This document shows, one piece after another, positions 12,301-24,142 of a stretch of 64,000 bases of DNA. The DNA is taken from positions 13,826,001 to 13,890,000 of the forward strand of contig JBHGNT010000015.1 in assembly GCA_043228905.1 (NCBI GenBank), given 5' to 3'. The first letter of the stretch is position 1. Every line of letters starts with the position of its first letter. Under the pieces are notes generated by a model. It was not told where the DNA came from. It ran no database searches and saw only the letters and a list, made by a program, of their open reading frames with translations. Origin of the DNA: Azolla caroliniana. Its lineage: Eukaryota > Plantae > Polypodiophyta. The translations under genes and the position numbers were made by a program.

Positions 12301-12750
12301 GAAGAAGGACGCAAGGAAGAAATGTTTCTCTTCGCAATATTAGTAAAACCCTCCGACACCACTAAAGAGGAGTCCACCGTTCAACTTCCAAAGAAGTATC
12401 ATCATTATGCCAATGTGTTCGATAAAGTACAAGCCAATACGCTTCCTCACCATCGACCGTATGATTGCCCCATAGATTTACAACCGGGAAAAGAGCCACC
12501 ATGGGGACCGATCTATAATTTGTCACCAACCAAGCTAGAAGTCCTTCGAGCCTATATAGAGGAGAATTTGGAAAATGGTTTCATTCGGCATTCACAATCT
12601 CCAACCAGTGCACCCATTTTCTTCATCAAGAAAAAGGATGGATCACTTCGTCTCATTGTAGATTACCGTGGCTTGAATAAGGTCACCATTAGAAATAGGT
12701 ATACACTTCCCCTTATCTCAAGTCTTTTAGAATGGATCAATGGTGCAAGG
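9394..12750 (+). pseudogene. Gypsy A gag, protease and RT N-terminus (disrupted)
   Basis: Retrotrans_gag-like LLSGSALAWF; zinc knuckle CLYC..H....C; PR LLDSGANSCF; RT PIFFIKKKDGSLRLIVDYRGLN. In-frame stops and the 10098-11374 insert disrupt it. Confidence 0.9.
10098..11374 (-). mobile_element. Solo-LTR-like insertion (1,277 bp) in Gypsy A gag
   Basis: Termini TGTCGCGAAG...CTTCACGACA; flanks GCGG/ACGG; removal restores CGC GCG GTG AGA TGT (RAVRC, compare RVVRC in Gypsy F); internal CTCTACGAA tandem array 10225-10385; minus-strand TATAAAAG near 10890. Confidence 0.8.
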
Positions 12751-15700
12751 TGACGAGAATCGTGGAATATTGCTCGGCCACAACCGAGTCTTGAATCACA
12801 GAAATGGGAATAAAAAAAGAGAGTACACAGAACAATGACATAGGATGTTTACGTGGAAAAAACCCTAATACGGAAAAGCCACGAGAGCCCATAGACTCCA
12901 AACTATCACTATGCGGAGAAGGGGTACAATCAGAGACTTGGAGGCAACGACCTCGAGCTCTATTTCTTCGCCCAATGGCGGTTACAATAGAGTATCACTC
13001 TGTATCTCTCTCTCCCTCTCTCTCTGTCACTCTTTATCTATAAGTTACAACAATACTTACAACAATATGACAACCCTTCTAAAGTGATTGCCCTAAGTCC
13101 TATTTATACTTATATGAACTTAGGGCTATTTATACTTATGAACTAGCCTCAATTGGCTTACTCAAAACATATTTATAGATCTGTCTCTCTTTTCGGTTCT
13201 CACCGGCTCTCTTCCGGTTCTCACGGGTCTCCTCTGGTTTCCAGATCTCTTCTCGTTCTCACCGGGTCCTCTTCATTCATCCCCGGATCCCATCCGGAGG
13301 GACCGATTTCCCAACAATCTCCTCCTTCACTCTGGCATGGGATGTCTCGTCAGCCCAATCCGCTTTCGGCACGCGTCCAACTTGTCGGTTGTCAGCACCT
13401 TGGTCAGCATGTCTGACCCGTTCTCCTTCGTGTGGATCTTCTTCAACACGAACTCTTGATCTTCTACTCTCTCCCAAATCTAGTGGTTCCTCCATTGGAT
13501 ATGTTTCGTCTAGGAATGGTAGGACGCATTCTTCACAAGGTGGATGGCACTTTGATTATCACAGTAGAGCCGATATTCCTCCTGTTGGATCCCTAACTCT
13601 TCGATGAAGTCCTTCATCTAGATTATCTCCTTGTTGGCTTCTACAGCTACCATGTACTCCGCTTCCGTGGTTGACAATGCAACCGTCTTCGGCAACCTCG
13701 ACTGCCATGAAATAGCTCCCCCTGCATAAGTCATGATATATCCGGATGTAGACCGACTAGTATCTGCATCGGCCGACATATCCGAATCCGTGAATCCGTC
13801 AAGTTGGGGATTACCGGAGCCGAATCAAAGGCACATACTCGAAGTGCCCTTCAAATACCGGAGTATCCACTTGACCGTGTTCCAGTGCTCTCTTTCGGGA
13901 TTGCTCATGAATCGGCTTACCACTCCGACTGCATATCCGATATCTGGCCGGGTACATACCATCGCGTACATCAAGCTCCCAACGGCAGACGCATATGGTA
14001 TCTTTATCATATCCTTCTTCTCCGCCTTTGTCCTTGGGCTTTGTTTTCCGGATAGCTTGCAGTTTGTCGGACATGTTCAACCTTTGGAGTACCTTTGTCA
14101 CGTACTTCTCCTGTGACAACCACAACAGCTTCTTCGACCGGTCCCGGATGATATGCGTCCCCAATATTTGTCTTGTTGGACCCAAGTCTTTCATCGAGAA
14201 GGTCTGGTTCAGCGCCTTCTTCAACATCCGTATCTTGACTTGATCTTGTCTGATGATCAAAATGTCGTCCACGTACAAGAGTAGTATCAAGAAGTCTCCA
14301 CCGTCAAATTTCTTCACAAACACGCAGTGATCGGCTTGTGTTTTGTGGTACGCTTGATCGGTCATGAAGGAGTCGAACTTCTGGTACCATTTCCGGGGAG
14401 CTTGCTTCAGTCCATATAAGCTCTTCTTCATCCGGCACACCAGGTGCTCCTTCCCTTTCTTCTCAAATCCTTCCGGTTGCTGCATGTAGATCTCCTCTTC
14501 GAGGTCACCATGGAGGAATGCCGTCTTGACGTCTAGTTGCTCTACCTCGAGGTCCATGCTTGCCGCTATGCTCAGCACCGTCCAGATGGAAGCCATCTTA
14601 ACTACCGGGGCAAAGATCTCAACAAAATCCACTCCTTTCTTCTGTTGGAAGCCCTTCACCATGATCCGAGCCTTATACCTTGGTGGATTCCCTGCGTCTC
14701 CTGGTTTCAGCTTGTACACCCACTTGTTTTGGAGTGCTCTCTTCCCTTTCGGCAACTCCGTCAGTTCATATGTGTGGTTCTCATGCAGGGAATCCATCTC
14801 ATCCTACATGGCACTCAACCACTTGTGGTTGTGGGTGTCTCTCTTTGCTTCTTCAAAGCTTTCCGGCTCCCCCTCATCGGTTAGCAACACATGCTCGACA
14901 TCCAGAAATCTCCAGGGGGCTCTTCTCTCTCAAAGACGATATCTCTGTCCTTGGTTTTTTATTACTAGTTCCTCCGTTTGTTCCTCATCCAAATCCAATT
15001 CGGGATCTTGTCCGGTTCCGGTGTCTCCTCCTCCTCCTCCTTCTTCTTCTTCGGGCGGTTCGGTTTCTTGTCTATAACCGGCCGGTTCGTCGAGTGTCAA
15101 CCGGTTACCGGCTAACATCTGGTTTTTATACGGGTATATCCTTTTGTCCTAAAGCCGGTTTTCATTGGATGATTTGGATTTCGTCACCTTCTTATCCGAC
15201 TCCCAGTTGGCAATGGTCCCGTCTTCCATGAAGACTATGTCCCGACTCCGGAACACCTTCTTGTCGACCAAATCCCACACCTAGTAACTGAACTCATCAT
15301 CGCCGTATCCAAGGAATATGCATGGTCGGGACTTCGGATCAAGCTTTGCTCTATTGTCCTTCGCCACATGCATGTATGCGAGACATCCGAACACCTTTAG
15401 ATGTCGGTAAGATACATTCTTACCGGTCCATACTTTCTGCGGTGAGTCTCCATCCAAGGGTACTGAGGGTGATCTGTTTATCACATAGGTCGCCGTCGTT
15501 AGCGCCTCAGCCCAAAACATCTTGGGTAACTTGGCATGTGCTAGCATGCTTCGAACTCTCTCCATCATGGTCTGGTTCATCCTTTTAGCTAGCTCATTCA
15601 ATTCTGGCATCTTTGGCACGGTAAATTCGAGCCGGATTCCCTTTGACCGACAGTACTCCTCGAACTACCCCCGATATTCTCCTCCATTATCCGCTTGAAC

Positions 15701-16926
15701 TGCCTTCAGCTTCCGGTCGGTTTCTCTTTCCACTCTCACGTGGAGCTCCTTGAAGACGGATAACACTTGATCCTTCGTCTTCAACGGTGAGACCCACAAC
15801 TTCCGACTGTGGTCGTCTATGAACGTCATGAAGTATTGCGATTCGGCATGTGACTTCGTGTCGACTTGACACATCGGTATGCACCAGCTCCAGTGGTGCA
15901 TTCCGTCTCATCGGTGGCCTTGAGCGGAAGGAGGTTCGGTTTTGCTTGTCGGCCAAGTAATCGGTGCACTTCTCAAGTTGCATGTCCTTCACCGGAATGA
16001 GATTGTCTTCGGCAAGCCTCTTCATCCCCTTCCCACTCATGTGACATAGTCTTTTGTGCCACAGCTCACCGATAGTGTCGGATGCCACATTCATTTCTTC
16101 CCGGCATATCCGGGCATGCATCAGATATAGCGTGTTGACCTTCCAGGCTTGAGCCACTATTAGGCTCCCTTTACTGAACTTCATAACTCCGTTCCAGATG
16201 CTACCCATGTAGCCCTCATCATCTAGCCGACTGACTGATATCAGGTTCAGTTGAACCTCCGGAACGTGTCGGACATCCTTCAACAACAATTTGCATCCGG
16301 TTGATGTTGTCAACGACACATATCCTATGCCGACAATTTGACATGTACCTTCATTCCCCATCCGGTCACAACCATGATCACCGATTGTGTAGGATGAGAA
16401 GCATTTCTAATCCGGTGTCAAGTGGAACGATACTCTAGAATCGACAACCCACGTTGTCTCGTCACCAACAAGGTTTAACTCATTCTCTTCGGTGATGAGC
16501 ATCAGTTCCTCTTCACTTGTCACGATCGCCGACATTCCTTTCCGATCCGGGCCTCTCCGGTCCGAACCGTTTTGGTCCGAACTCTTCTTCGAATCGGTGG
16601 TGCCGGTTTCCTTCTCTTTTCGGAAATGCCACATTCACTTCTTCCCGTCATATTGGTGGTGACAGTTCTTCTAGAAGTGCCCCAGCTTCCCACAGTAGAA
16701 GCAAGTAGGCCTCCCCCTTGACTTCAACCTCGTTCCTGGTTTGTCCCGGTTTTGAGGACTCCAATATCGGCCTCTTCCCTGGTTGTCTTCATCTTTTGTG
16801 ACCAAGGCCTTTGGATCAGTTCTGGACTCCTGGTTCTTCTGGCAAGCTTCTTCATCTAGCAAGCTTGATTTTACCCTTGCTAGGGACAATTGTTTTCCTT
16901 CTGGCCCGACGTTGTCCAACGTGACA

Positions 16927-17613
16927 ACTAACATCTCCCAACTGTTCGGGAGGGAACCGAGTAGGAGTAATGCGAGTACCTCATCAGCGAGAGGTACTTC
17001 CAACGAGGTTGCTTGATGTATTAGCCCCTAGAAGTCATTCATGTGCTCAGCCATACTGGAGTTGTCTTGGTACCAAAGCCTCACTAGCTTCAAGAATACC
17101 GAAACCCAATTAACGACATTCTTGTTCTAGAACATGATGCTAATCTTCTCCCAGAGTTCATGAGCCTTGCTCTCTTCATTGGAGTTGTTGTACAGACTCA
17201 TGTAGATGAAGCACCGGATGTATGCCATCATCTTCATGTGCATCACCTCCCACACTGTGGCATCGATCTTGTCCGGTCTCTTGTCCCCGAACTGAACTAG
17301 CAACCAAAGATCTTTAACCACAAGCATATCCCTCATCTTCGACTTCCACACTGAGTAGTTGGAGCTGGTGAGCTTGAACATGCTACCGAATGATTCTTCC
17401 ATTTCCTGTGTTGTTCGCTCATATACCGTTTGACAAGAATCATGGAATATTGCTCGGCCACAACCGAGTCTTGAATCACAGAAATGGGAATAAAAAAGAG
17501 AGTACATAGAACAATGACACAAGATGTTTATGTGGAAAAAACCCTAATAGGGAAAAAACCACGGGAGCCCACAGACTCCAAACTATCACTATGAGGAGAA
17601 GGGGTACAATTAG
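16927..17613. repeat. Left copy of the ~687-bp direct duplication flanking Copia C
   Basis: ACTAACATCTCCCAACTG...GGGGTACAATTAG recurs at 23110-23797. Confidence 0.95.
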
Positions 17614-17789
17614 TGTCGAATACATGTGTATAATGGACGTATTCACACTATCCCGTTTTGGCCATTTATGTAATTAGCATAAAGGGTAGTTGCCCTAAGT
17701 CGGTCACTATATATAGTGACCTTGTAACCTTTTTGTAAGGTTGGTTGTTGTAGTATTATTGCTTTGAGAAATAGAGAAAATCTTGTGTG

Positions 17790-17842
<53 letters not shown>

Positions 17843-20800
17843 AACGACATAGAAACTGTCATACGCAGGGAATAAACAGGAATCGAGTGCTTCTTGATCT
17901 TCCGCACTGACGACATTGCTTACAACATCTGGTATCAGAGCCTGCACAGTAGTCGGTTCTTCAATCCGCTGTCGGCCGTCGTCTCTGCATTCGGTTTCCT
18001 GCGTCATTCGAAGAAGAGAGAAGAAGAAGAAAAACCAGGTTTGCATCTCATCGCGTTAGATTATCTTGCTTGGAGTAAGCCAGCAGGTTGTACTCCGTTC
18101 CTTGTGATCGCAACCGCTCGAGGTGAAATCCCCTTGTGCAACATTGACACGATCGTGCTCCACTCGGTTAAACGGCATCCGAAAAGGTCATTGAACGCTG
18201 TTCGCCGCTCGTTGTAACCACTCGGTGCAGATCGGTCTCAAGACAACAACCCCAAATTCGTGCTTCATCTGGCTGATCGACATTCGGGAGGATCAGTTGG
18301 ATCCGTCTCTCTCGTTGCTGCAGTCAACCGAAGCAGAATCGGTCCAGATAATCGGTTTCAATAATCGGTATTCGGCATATATATCCGAAGCGAACCGGGC
18401 TCACTCCGACTCGGCAACATTCGGGAAGACCAGTCGGTTCTGTCCCTCAAGTTACCGGAGTCAATTCGAGCAAGTTCCGAAGCCGAACCGACTCGGGTTC
18501 AAATCCGACTAGAACGATATCGGGTGAGCCAACTGGCTGCACTCCAACAAGGTTCGTAGTCAACTCCGAACCGAGCTTCGTCAACCAAAACCGAACTTGA
18601 TGGCATCAACATCCGGCTCGTCAGAAATGAGTCTCCGAAAGTTCGATGGATCGAACTTCAACTTCTGGAAGGAACAAATGCAGGACTATCTCATAGTCAA
18701 GGGGCAAATCGATCCCATCGAAAATGAAGAACCTCCAGAAGGATACAAACCAATTGAGTGGCAGAAGCTGGACAGAATCGTCCGCGCCACGATTCGGATG
18801 CACCTATCGGAATCGGTATACTTTACGGTGCAATCGTGTACGACAGCATTCGAACTGTGGAAAACACTGTCGGACACTTACGAAAAGAAGGTCGCCGCAA
18901 CGAAGATGTTTCTGATCCGGCGCCTCTACAACTTGCGGATGAAAGAATCCGATTCGGTCCAAGCACACCTCAATGAGTACGAAAGCATAAGCTCCCAAAT
19001 CTCGTCACAGGGGACGGCAATCGAGGATGAACTCAGAGCAATGATACTCATGAGCAGCCTTCCCTCATCATGGGAAACTTTCGTCACAACCGTGTGCAAT
19101 GCGTCAACCACGGCTGTTAAATACTCCGAAGTCACGAGCGCAATCCTGACCGAAGCAGCTCGGAGAAAGTCTTTCGCCAAAGACTCAACAGACGACGCTT
19201 ATGTAGTACAAGGTTCGACAGACCGATCGAACATACGAGGAAGAGATTCCTCACGGCCGCCGAACAATCAGCGAAGACGGAGCCAGTCACGGGATAACCG
19301 AATCTGCAACTATTGCAAGAAACCCGGACACATCAAAGCCGACTGCCGCGCACTCAAGAACAAGAACAACAAGAAGAGTGGCCGGCATGAGGAGATCAAT
19401 TACGTCAGCTTCTCGGCCGATGTACTACCGGACGACCCGAATATACTGTCAATCGAAAATCCAGTCGGATCCGAAGTTCTGCTCACGACTGAAGAATCGA
19501 GCACATGGCTCTTGGATTCGGGCGCGTCATTTCACGTGACTCCTCATAGATCCCAATTTCGGCAATATACGATCCGTCACTCCGACTCAGTTCGAGTCGG
19601 CAACTCACAACACTGTGACATCATCGGAATCGGCACAGTAGAGCTCAACCTTGCAGGTGGCTCTACACTTGTACTCCACAATGTCCGACATGTACCCGAG
19701 CTCTCAAGGCCATTGATCTCAGTCGGACAACTAGATGAAGACGGCATTCGTGCCGGTTTTTCTTCGGGAGGGTGGACACTCCACAGGGGGAACCTCCTGC
19801 TTGCTAGAGGACCCAAGATACACTCCCTGTATCCGTTACATGTTACGCTCAGAGAGGGTAACCTGTTTTTGGTGGATATTCCTGTGTCATCACTATGGCA
19901 CCGAAGATTAGGACACCTCAGCAAGGCCGGCATCACGCATCTATCTAGAGCCGGATACATCCCCAAACTCTCCTTCTCCGACCATCAATTCTGCGAGCAT
20001 TGCCAGTATGGCAAACAAGTAGCCGCATCACACCCGACATCAGCACCAAGAGAAACGAGACCTCTTGATTTAGTCCATTCGGACGTCTGTGGCCCAATGC
20101 CGCATCAGTCTCTAGGCGGTGCCTCTTACTTCGTCAGTTTTATTGACGATTCGACTCGAAAGGTGTGGGCTTATCCAATTCGCACCAAAGATCGTGTCTT
20201 CTCGATCTTCACCGATTGGCTCGCTATGGTGGAAAATCAAGCCGACCGAAAGCTGAAATGCCTTCGGACAGACAATGGGGGAGAGTTCAAATCCGAAGAA
20301 TTCGTCAAATTCTGCCGACAACGCGGCATCCGATGTGAATTTACGGCACCACACAGTCCGGAGCAAAACGGGATTGCAGAACGAATGAATCGGACAATCC
20401 AAGAACGGATAGTTTCCATGCTCCAACACTCCCGACTGTCGGATGGCTTCTGGGCAGAGGCTCTACTCACGGCAGTACACATAATCAATATGTCGCCAAG
20501 TAGACCTCTAGGACTTCAAATTCCTCAGGAACTATGGATCGGCAGTAAGCCGAATTACGACAAGCTGAGGACCTTCGGATGCGAGGCGTACGCCCTCATT
20601 CCGAAAGATGATCGCCGAAAACTTGCACCTCGGTCCAGGAAATGCATTTTCCTTGGATATGGATCAGACGGCGAAATGGGATACCGACTCTGGGACCCCG
20701 AACGCAGACAAATCGTTCGAAGTTCGGACGTTGTGTTCAACGAGTCGGCTATGAATCCATCAGTCGAAAAACCGATCGAAGTCCGAAGGGTAACATTCTC

Positions 20801-22982
20801 CGATGTGCCGACCCTTCAAGAAGGCCCCGCTCTCAACACACGGTCAGCTTCACGGGTAGCTGAACCTTATACTACCGACTCGGACAACTCTGACTCGGCA
20901 CAGCCGAATGATTCGGTTTCGGACCATCCGACCTCGATACCCAATGCGACCAGTCCAATCATACCTCGACGATCCGAGAGACTGTCGCAACCTCCGGAGA
21001 GGTATTCTCCTGGAATTTTCTTCACCGACGCCGGCGAACCGACGTCTTACGAAGAAGCATCGACATCTGTCAATTCGGCCACCTGGCATCTGGCGATGGA
21101 GTCGGAAATGCACTCCATTCGGGCAAACAAGACTTGGGATCTGGTCGAATTACCTAGGAACCGACGTGCTCTTCCTTGCAAGTGGGTTTATCGACTAAAA
21201 GAGACGTCTGATTCGACCACCCCAAAGTACAAGGCCAGATTAGTTGCGAAGGGCTTCCGACAAGAATATGGCGTCGACTTCGACGAGATTTTTTCACCAG
21301 TGGTGAAAATGACAACCCTTCGTTTTCTGTTCGGCGTCGTGGCAGCCGACAACTTGGAGCTGATTCAGCTAGATGTCAAAACAGCCTTCCTCCATGGTGA
21401 TCTCGAGGAGGAAATTTATATGGAGCAGCCAAAAGGCTTCGTGGCAACTGGCCAAGAACATCTAGTCTGCCGACTCAGGAAGAGTCTATACGGCCTCAAA
21501 CAGGCACCGCGACAATGGTACAAGAAGTTCGACGACTTCATCCAATCGATCGGCTTCTCCAAAAGCGATGAGGACCATTGTCTCTTCACCAACACAGCTC
21601 AAGATGGATCACCCATCTTCCTCATCATTTACGTGGACGACATGCTAATTTCTGGACGCCACGCGGGCGAACTTGCCGATCTCATTCGGCAACTGCGGTT
21701 GAAGTTTGCCATGAAGGACCTCGGTCCGGCACGACACATCCTTGGCATGAAGATTAGTCGGCATCGCGATAAACGACATCTCTTTTTGTCTCAGACCGAC
21801 TATATCGGACGTGTCTTGGAACGCTTCAACATGCAATCAGCCAAATCTGCTTCAACCCCGCTCCCAATGAATCTTCGGCTCTCTCAGCGAGACTGCCCGA
21901 CATCCGGCCCGGAGGGGGAAGATATGAAGTCGGTACCGTATGCACCGGCAGTCGGCTCCCTTATGTACCTGATGGTCGCGACACGGCCTGATATTTCTCA
22001 CGCCGTAGGAGTCGTTAGCAGATTTATGCACAACCCTGGCCGATCGCATTGGAACGCAGTCAAGCATGTGTTCAGATATCTGGCTGGCACAAAAGACCAC
22101 GGCATTCTTTTCGGTCCGAACCGAACCTCAGGCGTAGTCGGTTACACCGACTCGGACTTCGCCGGCTGTATAGACAGTCGGAAATCAACAACCGGATACT
22201 GCTTCAAATTCGGCAATGGAGCAATCTCGTGGAAGTCGAAACTTCAGGAGTGCACAGCGACCTCAACGACCGAAGCTGAATATGTAGCTGCGTCCGACGC
22301 AGCAAAAGAAGCTTTGTGGCTCGGTCGGCTGGCGCACACGTTTCGACAAGTCGACCATGACTCGGCTCCAGTTGTCTACAGCGACAGTCAAGGTGCTGTT
22401 GCCTTGTCGAAAAATCCGGTTCACCACAACGCCTCCAAACATATCGATGTCCGATATCACTTCGTTCGGGACTGCGTCATTTCAGGGAAAATCGGTCTAG
22501 AGAAAATATCCACAACCGACAATGTCGCAGATGGAATGACCAAGTGTCTTTCGGCAGACCGTTTTCGGTCTCTTCGGCATCAGATGGGCGTAACGACAAA
22601 CCAGTCCGGTTAGAGCCGGACACAGAGCAGGATGGTTCCCGACAACCGACATCAGTTGCTTAATGATCGGCTTCAACTGTTCCGACCCGACCAGTTCGGT
22701 CTTCTGCCTTCGGACCCTGCCGACTCGAACAAAGCTGATATGTCCGAGAACCTAAGTCTATACCTGTAATCTAAGATAACCCATGTATACGCCCATTACG
22801 GGGGAGTGTCGAATACATGTGTATAATGGACGTATTCACACTATCCCGTTTTGGCCATTTATGTAATTAGCATAAAGGGTAGTTGCCCTAAGTCGGTCAC
22901 TATATATAGTGACCTTGTAACCTTTTTGTAAGGTTGGTTGTTGTAGTATTATTGCTTTGAGAAATAGAGAAAATCTTGTGTG

Positions 22983-23023
<41 letters not shown>

Positions 23024-23108
23024 AACGACATAGAAACTGTCATACGCAGGGAATAAACAGGAATCGAGTGCTTCTTGATCTTCCGCACTGACGACATTGC
23101 TTACAACA
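17614..23108 (+). mobile_element. Ty1/Copia C, intact and very young
   Basis: LTRs 17614-17927 and 22807-23108 are identical apart from 12 bp of (CT)n; PBS TGGTATCAGAGCC (tRNA-iMet) at 17930; PPT GGGGGAG; single uninterrupted ORF. Confidence 0.97.
18600..22613 (+). CDS. Copia Gag-Pol polyprotein (Gag, CCHC, PR, IN, RT, RNase H), ~1337 aa
   Basis: CNYCKKPGHIKADC; WLLDSGAS; HSDVCGP..TDNGGEF..EQNGIAE; IYVDDML; YTDSDFA..EAEYVA..DSQGA..ADGMTK. Confidence 0.95.
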   Translation: MASTSGSSEMSLRKFDGSNFNFWKEQMQDYLIVKGQIDPIENEEPPEGYKPIEWQKLDRIVRATIRMHLSESVYFTVQSCTTAFELWKTLSDTYEKKVAATKMFLIRRLYNLRMKESDSVQAHLNEYESISSQISSQGTAIEDELRAMILMSSLPSSWETFVTTVCNASTTAVKYSEVTSAILTEAARRKSFAKDSTDDAYVVQGSTDRSNIRGRDSSRPPNNQRRRSQSRDNRICNYCKKPGHIKADCRALKNKNNKKSGRHEEINYVSFSADVLPDDPNILSIENPVGSEVLLTTEESSTWLLDSGASFHVTPHRSQFRQYTIRHSDSVRVGNSQHCDIIGIGTVELNLAGGSTLVLHNVRHVPELSRPLISVGQLDEDGIRAGFSSGGWTLHRGNLLLARGPKIHSLYPLHVTLREGNLFLVDIPVSSLWHRRLGHLSKAGITHLSRAGYIPKLSFSDHQFCEHCQYGKQVAASHPTSAPRETRPLDLVHSDVCGPMPHQSLGGASYFVSFIDDSTRKVWAYPIRTKDRVFSIFTDWLAMVENQADRKLKCLRTDNGGEFKSEEFVKFCRQRGIRCEFTAPHSPEQNGIAERMNRTIQERIVSMLQHSRLSDGFWAEALLTAVHIINMSPSRPLGLQIPQELWIGSKPNYDKLRTFGCEAYALIPKDDRRKLAPRSRKCIFLGYGSDGEMGYRLWDPERRQIVRSSDVVFNESAMNPSVEKPIEVRRVTFSDVPTLQEGPALNTRSASRVAEPYTTDSDNSDSAQPNDSVSDHPTSIPNATSPIIPRRSERLSQPPERYSPGIFFTDAGEPTSYEEASTSVNSATWHLAMESEMHSIRANKTWDLVELPRNRRALPCKWVYRLKETSDSTTPKYKARLVAKGFRQEYGVDFDEIFSPVVKMTTLRFLFGVVAADNLELIQLDVKTAFLHGDLEEEIYMEQPKGFVATGQEHLVCRLRKSLYGLKQAPRQWYKKFDDFIQSIGFSKSDEDHCLFTNTAQDGSPIFLIIYVDDMLISGRHAGELADLIRQLRLKFAMKDLGPARHILGMKISRHRDKRHLFLSQTDYIGRVLERFNMQSAKSASTPLPMNLRLSQRDCPTSGPEGEDMKSVPYAPAVGSLMYLMVATRPDISHAVGVVSRFMHNPGRSHWNAVKHVFRYLAGTKDHGILFGPNRTSGVVGYTDSDFAGCIDSRKSTTGYCFKFGNGAISWKSKLQECTATSTTEAEYVAASDAAKEALWLGRLAHTFRQVDHDSAPVVYSDSQGAVALSKNPVHHNASKHIDVRYHFVRDCVISGKIGLEKISTTDNVADGMTKCLSADRFRSLRHQMGVTTNQSG

Positions 23109-23109
23109 T

Positions 23110-23797
23110 ACTAACATCTCCCAACTGTTCGGGAGGGAACCGAGTAGGAGTAATGCGAGTACCTCATCAGCGAGAGGTACTTCCAACGAGGTTGCTTGAT
23201 GTATTAGCCCCTAGAAGTCATTCATGTGCTCAGCCATACTGGAGTTGTCTTGGTACCAAAGCCTCACTAGCTTCAAGAATACCGAAACCCAATTAACGAC
23301 ATTCTTGTTCTAGAACATGATGCTAATCTTCTCCCAGAGTTCATGAGCCTTGCTCTCTTCATTGGAGTTGTTGTACAGACTCATGTAGATGAAGCACCGG
23401 ATGTATGCCATCATCTTCATGTGCATCACCTCACACACTGTGGCATCGATCTTGTCCGGTCTCTTGTCCCCGAACTGAACTAGCAACCAAAGATCTTTAA
23501 CCACAAGCATATCCCTCATCTTCGACTTCCACACTGAGTAGTTGGAGCTGGTGAGCTTGAACATGCTACCGAATGATTCTTCCATTTCCTGTGTTGTTCG
23601 CTCATATACCAGTTTGACAAGAATCATGGAATATTGCTCGGCCACAACCGAGTCTTGAATCACAGAAATGGGAATAAAAAAGAGAGTACATAGAACAATG
23701 ACACAAGATGTTTATGTGGAAAAAACCCTAATAGGGAAAAAACCACGGGAGCCCACAGACTCCAAACTATCACTATGAGGAGAAGGGGTACAATTAG
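23110..23797. repeat. Right copy of the ~687-bp duplication flanking Copia C
   Basis: Matches 16927-17613 with at least one substitution (CCTCCCACAC/CCTCACACAC) and one indel (ATACCGTTTG/ATACCAGTTTG). Confidence 0.95.
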
Positions 23798-24142
23798 AGA
23801 CTCGGAGGCAATGACCTCGAGCTCTATTTCTTCGCCCAACAGTGGTTACAACAAAGTATCACTCTGTCTCTCTCTCTCCCTCTCTCTCTGTCGCTCTCTC
23901 TCTATCAATTACAACAATACTTACAACAATATGACAACCCTTCTAAAGTGATTGCCCCAGGTCATATTTATACTTATATGAACTTAGGGCTATTTACAAA
24001 TATAGCCTCAATAGGCTTACTCAAAACATATTTACAGATATGTCTCTCTTTCCAGTTCTCACCGGGTCTCTTCCGGTTCTCATCGGGTCCTCTTCATTCA
24101 TCACCGGATCCCATACGGAGGGACCAATTTCCCAACACAAGG

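Larger units (their letters stand above)
12751..24137 (-). mobile_element. Ty1/Copia B (related to Copia D), degenerate, inserted in Gypsy A RT
   Basis: TSD CAAGG (12746-50 and 24138-42); 3' LTR 12751-13316; 5' LTR 23615-24137; extra partial LTR 17431-17613; decayed Met PBS; frameshifted gag-PR-IN-RT-RH at 13330-17402. Confidence 0.93.

Noticed and set aside
17431-17613. A separate solo LTR or third Copia B element
   Set aside because: It is the end of the 687-bp duplicated block.
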